Shown here one piece after another: positions 59,474 through 64,000 of a stretch of 64,000 nt of DNA. The notes under the pieces were generated by a model. The model did not search any database and was not told the DNA's origin. It worked only from the letters and a program-made list of their open reading frames with translations. A program made the position numbers and the translations under genes. The stretch is from the IMG/VR virus record IMGVR_UViG_3300022660_000071. One strand, written 5' to 3'. This stretch comes from an uncultured virus (IMG/VR IMGVR_UViG_3300022660_000071). Lineage: Duplodnaviria > Heunggongvirae > Uroviricota > Caudoviricetes. The first letter of the stretch is position 1; every line of letters begins with the position of its first letter.

Positions 59474-60142
59474 TTATATATTTGGATACTTCTTATCTGC
59501 AGGTGGGTCAAGATACTGTCTAATATTATTCTTTTTAGAACAATTCTCGCCGCAAATGATACAAAAGTCGTTTTCTTCTTGATACATAAAGGGACAATAT
59601 TCTTCATCATGTAGCCAAGAGTTATTATCGTCTAAATCTCCATCGTCGATTTCAACGTTTTCTGGCTTTAGCTGCCACTGAGTCCAATTTTTAAAACACT
59701 TAAAGTCGGAGCTTATATGATCAACATTTGCTTTAGCATAACGTTCTAACCACTTTATGTAATCTGCAATACTTTTTAAAGATGTAAAATCTTTATATTC
59801 ATTTTGCGGTGTTTGTGGAAACGTAAAGGTTGTTGATGCAGGTAAATTTGCGGTACTATTTACTGTCAAATTATTAAATATGCCGCCTCCACCACGTATA
59901 TTTCCCTCAGAGGCTCCAGTAAAAAGCTTACCTAAAATAATAGGCTTTTCCATCGCATTTTCTTCAAAACCAATAAATACGACATCATTAACTTTTAAAT
60001 TGTTAAATATACCAGGTGTAATATTTATCAAAGCAGTAGCTTCTACTGGTTTTGTCATAGAAGCGGACTTAAATAAAGGTATTTCTACGGTACAACGAGT
60101 ACCAGTAGCATTTATTGATTTTATAATTGCCTTAGTAATCAA
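59474..60142 (-). CDS. Putative baseplate spike/hub protein (gp5/gpV-like OB fold)
   Basis: VEIP, LKVNDVVFIGFEE..MEKPIILG; TTG start after AGGAGGT; first gene after a late-type promoter. Confidence 0.6.
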   Translation of the reverse strand: MITKAIIKSINATGTRCTVEIPLFKSASMTKPVEATALINITPGIFNNLKVNDVVFIGFEENAMEKPIILGKLFTGASEGNIRGGGGIFNNLTVNSTANLPASTTFTFPQTPQNEYKDFTSLKSIADYIKWLERYAKANVDHISSDFKCFKNWTQWQLKPENVEIDDGDLDDNNSWLHDEEYCPFMYQEENDFCIICGENCSKKNNIRQYLDPPADKKYPNI

Positions 60143-60203
60143 AGCCGCACCTCCTATAACTTTTTATATCAAATAATTTAGCAAATAATAGATTTAATAA
60201 AAA

Positions 60204-60258
60204 TATAAATTAAAAGCTGTATGCTTATCTATAAATAATATACAGCTTTTAATTTATA
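60204..60258. terminator. 19-bp inverted repeat (terminator-like) separating the modules
   Basis: TATAAATTAAAAGCTGTAT...ATACAGCTTTTAATTTATA. Confidence 0.65.
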
Positions 60259-60271
60259 ATCTATTTTTAAT

Positions 60272-60634
60272 TTATTTAGTTAATTTCGCGAGTTCAGTCT
60301 CAATATTTTTAATTTCTACCTTACGGTCTAAAGCAGCACACTCCGCATATTCTAAAGCTTTCTTAACACGACGCTTTTCGCTTTCAAGATAGTCTAAATG
60401 ATTCTTGCAAGATTTTGCCCAAGCGCGTATACTGGCTTGACGTTTTTTAGCAATCTTAATATTAAGACGTTTAAGTGCAATAGTTTTACCTAATTCAAGG
60501 TCGAATTTATCATTTGGATCACACTTTGCAATAGCATAAATAGGGTCATCCGCGTATCTAGTAATAGCTTTTACAATATGTATACCTGTGTTTTTATCAA
60601 TGTAGTCATAAACTTTTGTTTCATAATTTTTCAT
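60272..60634 (-). CDS. Hypothetical phage protein
   Basis: AKCDPNDKFDLELGKTIALKRL motif plus coiled coil; start MKNYET. Confidence 0.65.
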   Translation of the reverse strand: MKNYETKVYDYIDKNTGIHIVKAITRYADDPIYAIAKCDPNDKFDLELGKTIALKRLNIKIAKKRQASIRAWAKSCKNHLDYLESEKRRVKKALEYAECAALDRKVEIKNIETELAKLTK

Positions 60635-60638
60635 TTTA

Positions 60639-61355
60639 TTAATTTCCTTTATCTTTAATATCATCTAATATTTCAACCGTATTAAATAAAAAGTGCATTT
60701 TATCTATACGTTTGTTTATATGCCAATGTCCACAGTACCAGGCTTTATAATCAAGTTTATTTTCGATTTCATCAAGCCATTTTTCAGTGCTGTCATCAAC
60801 AGTAGATTGATCAATGCCTGGTAAAAATACCTCAATAGGCTCATATTTAAATGGACAGGTGTGTGAAAATACAACATCTACTTTATTGCCCGCTTCCGCA
60901 ATTTGGCGCTCTGCGTAAAGTTTAATACCTTTACATGGTTGTTCATCAAAAAACCAGGCATAGCCTTCTTTAAGACGATAATACTTATCTACACTGTACG
61001 CTCCGCCAAGCACTAGACAACTCAAGCCCTCTAAATTAAAGATGGATCCATCATGAGCGAAGAGCAGGTTGGGATACTCTGGTTGAACATATACTTGTCC
61101 ACCATTCCAATCCATAAGCTCATATCCCCCAATCATCGCAGGACGCGCTTCGTGATTACCATGGATACAAAGAATGGTAGCATCAATATATTTACTTAAA
61201 GCTTCTTTTGTTCTATTATCTTTTTTATTAAGATAATAGTTCGCTCCAACGTCACCAAGAAGCACTATAATATCATCTTTAGTTATTCCCCAGCGCTGAG
61301 CCATGTAAATAATTTCTGATGGATTACCGTGAATATCTCCTGTAATATATACCAT
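60639..61355 (-). CDS. Calcineurin-like metallophosphoesterase
   Basis: GDIHG, LGDVG, GNHE, SHTCP and CGHWH. Confidence 0.9.
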   Translation of the reverse strand: MVYITGDIHGNPSEIIYMAQRWGITKDDIIVLLGDVGANYYLNKKDNRTKEALSKYIDATILCIHGNHEARPAMIGGYELMDWNGGQVYVQPEYPNLLFAHDGSIFNLEGLSCLVLGGAYSVDKYYRLKEGYAWFFDEQPCKGIKLYAERQIAEAGNKVDVVFSHTCPFKYEPIEVFLPGIDQSTVDDSTEKWLDEIENKLDYKAWYCGHWHINKRIDKMHFLFNTVEILDDIKDKGN

Positions 61356-61365
61356 TAAATTAACC

Positions 61366-61647
61366 TCAACTAAAGCTTAGTGAGTAGCCAGATATCCACG
61401 AAAAATTAGTTTCAAGAAATTTATTTATATCATGAATATACAAAGAGTCTACCTTATCAGGATAAGCCGTTTTAAAAATAGCAACATCTTCATAAGAAAT
61501 AATATTAAGTCCAACAATTCCGTAGCTATGAGCACGTTCTCTCATTTCTATAGGATTTGAACACGCAATAGTAGCGCCTTTATCAGCTGCATGTTGAAGT
61601 AAAAGTTTAGTTTTACCAGTTCCTCTTCCACCACTAATAATAAACAT
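61366..61647 (-). CDS. Small P-loop protein
   Basis: GGRGTGKT Walker A; only 93 aa. Confidence 0.6.
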   Translation of the reverse strand: MFIISGGRGTGKTKLLLQHAADKGATIACSNPIEMRERAHSYGIVGLNIISYEDVAIFKTAYPDKVDSLYIHDINKFLETNFSWISGYSLSFS

Positions 61648-61666
61648 TTTTAAACACCTCTTAATT

Positions 61667-62476
61667 TTAGATTTCTTTTTCTAGTAAATATTGTTCAATA
61701 TAATTTCTATCCTGAGTAAAAATTGGAATCTCTGTATCTATTACCCAATCATGCTTATAACCTATAAGTCTATCAGTGCATTCAACTTCTTTTTTAATGC
61801 AACAAACACCACGCTTGAATTCAATAGGCATATCGTTAAAATTAATACCTTTTTGCAACATCAACATGTCTTGAATATCATTGCAACTTTTACCTTGTAA
61901 TTCTCTATGAGAAAAATGAGTTTGACCTAACATTTGAATAGCATTTCGAGTTGCGTCTTGCTGCCTCCAAATAAAGCAGTTAGTTACTTCTTCTTTTGGA
62001 ATATTAAAACAACGGGCATCAAACATTGCGCCTTTATCACGAGCTAGGCACATGGTCTTGTGGTAGTCATCCATGCCAATAGCGCCCTCAAAGTGGCGAT
62101 TAACGGCAGTTCTAAAATACTTATTAAACATTAAAGTCGCCATCGAAGCTGCAATAGAGCACATTTTCTGAACGCCATAACCAAACCAAGCATCAGTTGT
62201 AAGAGTAGTATAGTCAGTCAAGAGAAGTGTAATCTCGTCAGACTGCGTATAACCAAGTTTACAACCCTGAATATTAGCACAAAGATACTTCATTGTGTTA
62301 TTCATTGCTTCATGGAAGATTTCATCGTAAGGTCTCTTAAAACCTTTTGTAAAGCTGTGAAAAGCCTTACCATCTAAACGAATAATTACAGGAGTTCGTC
62401 TTGTGAGGTACATCTTAGAACGATTCTCATAAAACTCCTTCATGCGATCGCCAAGTGAATCTTTAGTCTTTTTCAT
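61667..62476 (-). CDS. tRNA(His) guanylyltransferase Thg1-like (3'-5' polymerase)
   Basis: LGDRMK.FYE, RLDGKAFH.FT, YTQSDEI, FDAR and WRQQDATRN. Confidence 0.92.
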   Translation of the reverse strand: MKKTKDSLGDRMKEFYENRSKMYLTRRTPVIIRLDGKAFHSFTKGFKRPYDEIFHEAMNNTMKYLCANIQGCKLGYTQSDEITLLLTDYTTLTTDAWFGYGVQKMCSIAASMATLMFNKYFRTAVNRHFEGAIGMDDYHKTMCLARDKGAMFDARCFNIPKEEVTNCFIWRQQDATRNAIQMLGQTHFSHRELQGKSCNDIQDMLMLQKGINFNDMPIEFKRGVCCIKKEVECTDRLIGYKHDWVIDTEIPIFTQDRNYIEQYLLEKEI

Positions 62477-62714
62477 TCTTATTACCTCGTCTTGATTTGT
62501 TGATTCTGCGCCTTTCTTTAGCATCATCAATACAACAATAAATATATGCTACTACGATTACTAAACTTATGATACTAGTAGTAATCCAAAGTGGAGAAGT
62601 CACCCACCACCATGACCAATTAATAACCCCAACAAGTTTCAAAACTAAAAAAATTAAAAATAACACCATACTTACTCCAATTCCACCATTTGTACTATTA
62701 GTATTTTTGCTCAT
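62463..62714 (-). CDS. Small two-TM membrane protein
   Basis: LFLIFLVLKL.GVI.WSWWWV.SPLW. Confidence 0.75.
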   Translation of the reverse strand: MSKNTNSTNGGIGVSMVLFLIFLVLKLVGVINWSWWWVTSPLWITTSIISLVIVVAYIYCCIDDAKERRRINKSRRGNKNEKD

Positions 62715-62726
62715 ATAAACCTCTTA

Positions 62727-64000
62727 TTACATTTCCGCAAGAACATCTTCTGCTATTTCTGTGGTTGATTCTGTAAGCTTTTCAGAAATGATACCTTCTA
62801 AGACCTTAAATTCAAAGTTTTTATGTTTTACTGCTGCGAATTTAGGTCTATTAGTAATACGAACAACAACACCTTCTCTAGTGTGTGTCTTACCCACAGG
62901 GTCAGGTCCAGCATAAAAGTCTTCAGCACACTTTACTACCATATCACCAATAGTACCGTCACCAATTAAATAGTCATGGTCATAACCGTCTTGTGTTACA
63001 AAATGTAGTCTATCTTCACTAATTGTAGCTTTACCGAAAACAGGAACACATTTAACGCCCATTTGTTCACAACGATACCTTATAAAGTCTGGCGTATACT
63101 CAACAATTTCACCATCTTCATTAGTCATTGTCATACGGTAAACATAAGTATCTGATATTGGAACATCAACTGGAACTTTAAAAGCGCTAAGTTCATCTTC
63201 ACCACACATAATGCACTCACCAGTTGGATTACAGCCGTAGCTAAATACAGTTTCTTTACCATACTGCTTTACAAAGTCTTTACCAAGTTTTTCGTTATTA
63301 CCATTACCCATAATAGGCGCACCAGTATGAGTAAAACCAACTACTTCGTAATAAACAGTTTCACCCTTCCAAAGCTTTCCAACAAAAGCATTATGATGTT
63401 GTTCTCTGAATTCATTTGAGCCGTAGAAACCACCATCAAAAGTATCAAGAACTACACGACGGGTACCAGAAACATAGCCCCAATCATAAATAGGTGTGCC
63501 AGGTCTTTTAAAAAGCTTATCAAAAAAAGTTCTCTTATAACCAGTCAAAACTTTAAGATGACCGGTACGTTGAGAAGTCCCGTGCATTTTTAGAGTAAAC
63601 TCTAATTCATCACCGACCTTAAACATACCCAAGTTATAGGCAAGCTGTTCAGTGTCTGCGTGTTCTGCAAATAAAGGAGCAATAGGCGCCTTAGTTTTTC
63701 TAGTACGATTTCCTTCAGAAAAACTGCCACGTCTAATATTAATTTTAGGTATGTACTTGGTGCAAATCTCTGTACCATTAAACACGTCGATTCGGTCGCC
63801 AGCCTTCAAAGTAGAAATATCACCAAAAGTTTCGAGACTATTCAAAGGAAGGAAAAGCCCATCAGACTTCTCACCTCTTAGTTTAATAGCCGCTACATTT
63901 CTTTTATCTGGGTCCATATATCCACCGATATTATTTCCTTCGGCATCTTTTTTACGAAGCAAGTTATTTGCCTCAGCAAAAGCTACTGAAAGCTGTCCAC
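62727..64000 (-). CDS. RNA ligase (DRB0094/Rnl2-like), 5' end outside the window
   Basis: KLRGEKSDG, motif I TLKMHGTS, YYEVVG, REGVVVR and KHKN. Confidence 0.8.
   Translation of the reverse strand, partial: GQLSVAFAEANNLLRKKDAEGNNIGGYMDPDKRNVAAIKLRGEKSDGLFLPLNSLETFGDISTLKAGDRIDVFNGTEICTKYIPKINIRRGSFSEGNRTRKTKAPIAPLFAEHADTEQLAYNLGMFKVGDELEFTLKMHGTSQRTGHLKVLTGYKRTFFDKLFKRPGTPIYDWGYVSGTRRVVLDTFDGGFYGSNEFREQHHNAFVGKLWKGETVYYEVVGFTHTGAPIMGNGNNEKLGKDFVKQYGKETVFSYGCNPTGECIMCGEDELSAFKVPVDVPISDTYVYRMTMTNEDGEIVEYTPDFIRYRCEQMGVKCVPVFGKATISEDRLHFVTQDGYDHDYLIGDGTIGDMVVKCAEDFYAGPDPVGKTHTREGVVVRITNRPKFAAVKHKNFEFKVLEGIISEKLTESTTEIAEDVLAEM

Noticed and set aside
1..64000. tRNA or rRNA genes
   Set aside because: Intergenic spaces are short and AT-rich and no cloverleaf was recognised by eye; tRNAscan-SE would be decisive

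Overview
AT-rich segment of a large tailed (myovirus-like, probably jumbo) bacteriophage genome. The host is likely a low-GC Gram-positive bacterium (inference). Every credible gene is on the minus strand. In transcription order (high to low coordinates) the window holds an RNA-repair cluster (RNA ligase, Thg1-like, phosphoesterase), a baseplate/tail operon and type II topoisomerase. Next come nucleotide metabolism (thyA, dCMP deaminase, folA, dut) and a bacterial-style replisome (loader, DnaB, DnaG, SSB, family A polymerase, beta clamp, DnaX/delta/delta'). Then follow recombination genes (RecA, RecU, SbcCD), topoisomerase IA and a MoxR/metallopeptidase/VWA module. Four free-standing GIY-YIG endonucleases, two recurrent promoter motifs and many intrinsic terminators are also visible. 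The standout is the DNA polymerase. It is broken into three chains at two sites, each carrying a paralogous, catalytically dead intein(Hint)-like module. The third chain has an in-frame TAG inside motif B, flanked by matched ACT codons and a 9-bp hairpin (ACT-TAG-CGT-ACT), which suggests programmed ribosomal bypassing or RNA excision. Other oddities are a promoter-to-terminator non-coding unit with ~11-nt periodic repeats that match the ssb leader, three pseudo-enzymes, and a ThyA with Asp at the dUMP-specificity Asn. All calls come from motif reading only; no database searches were run.
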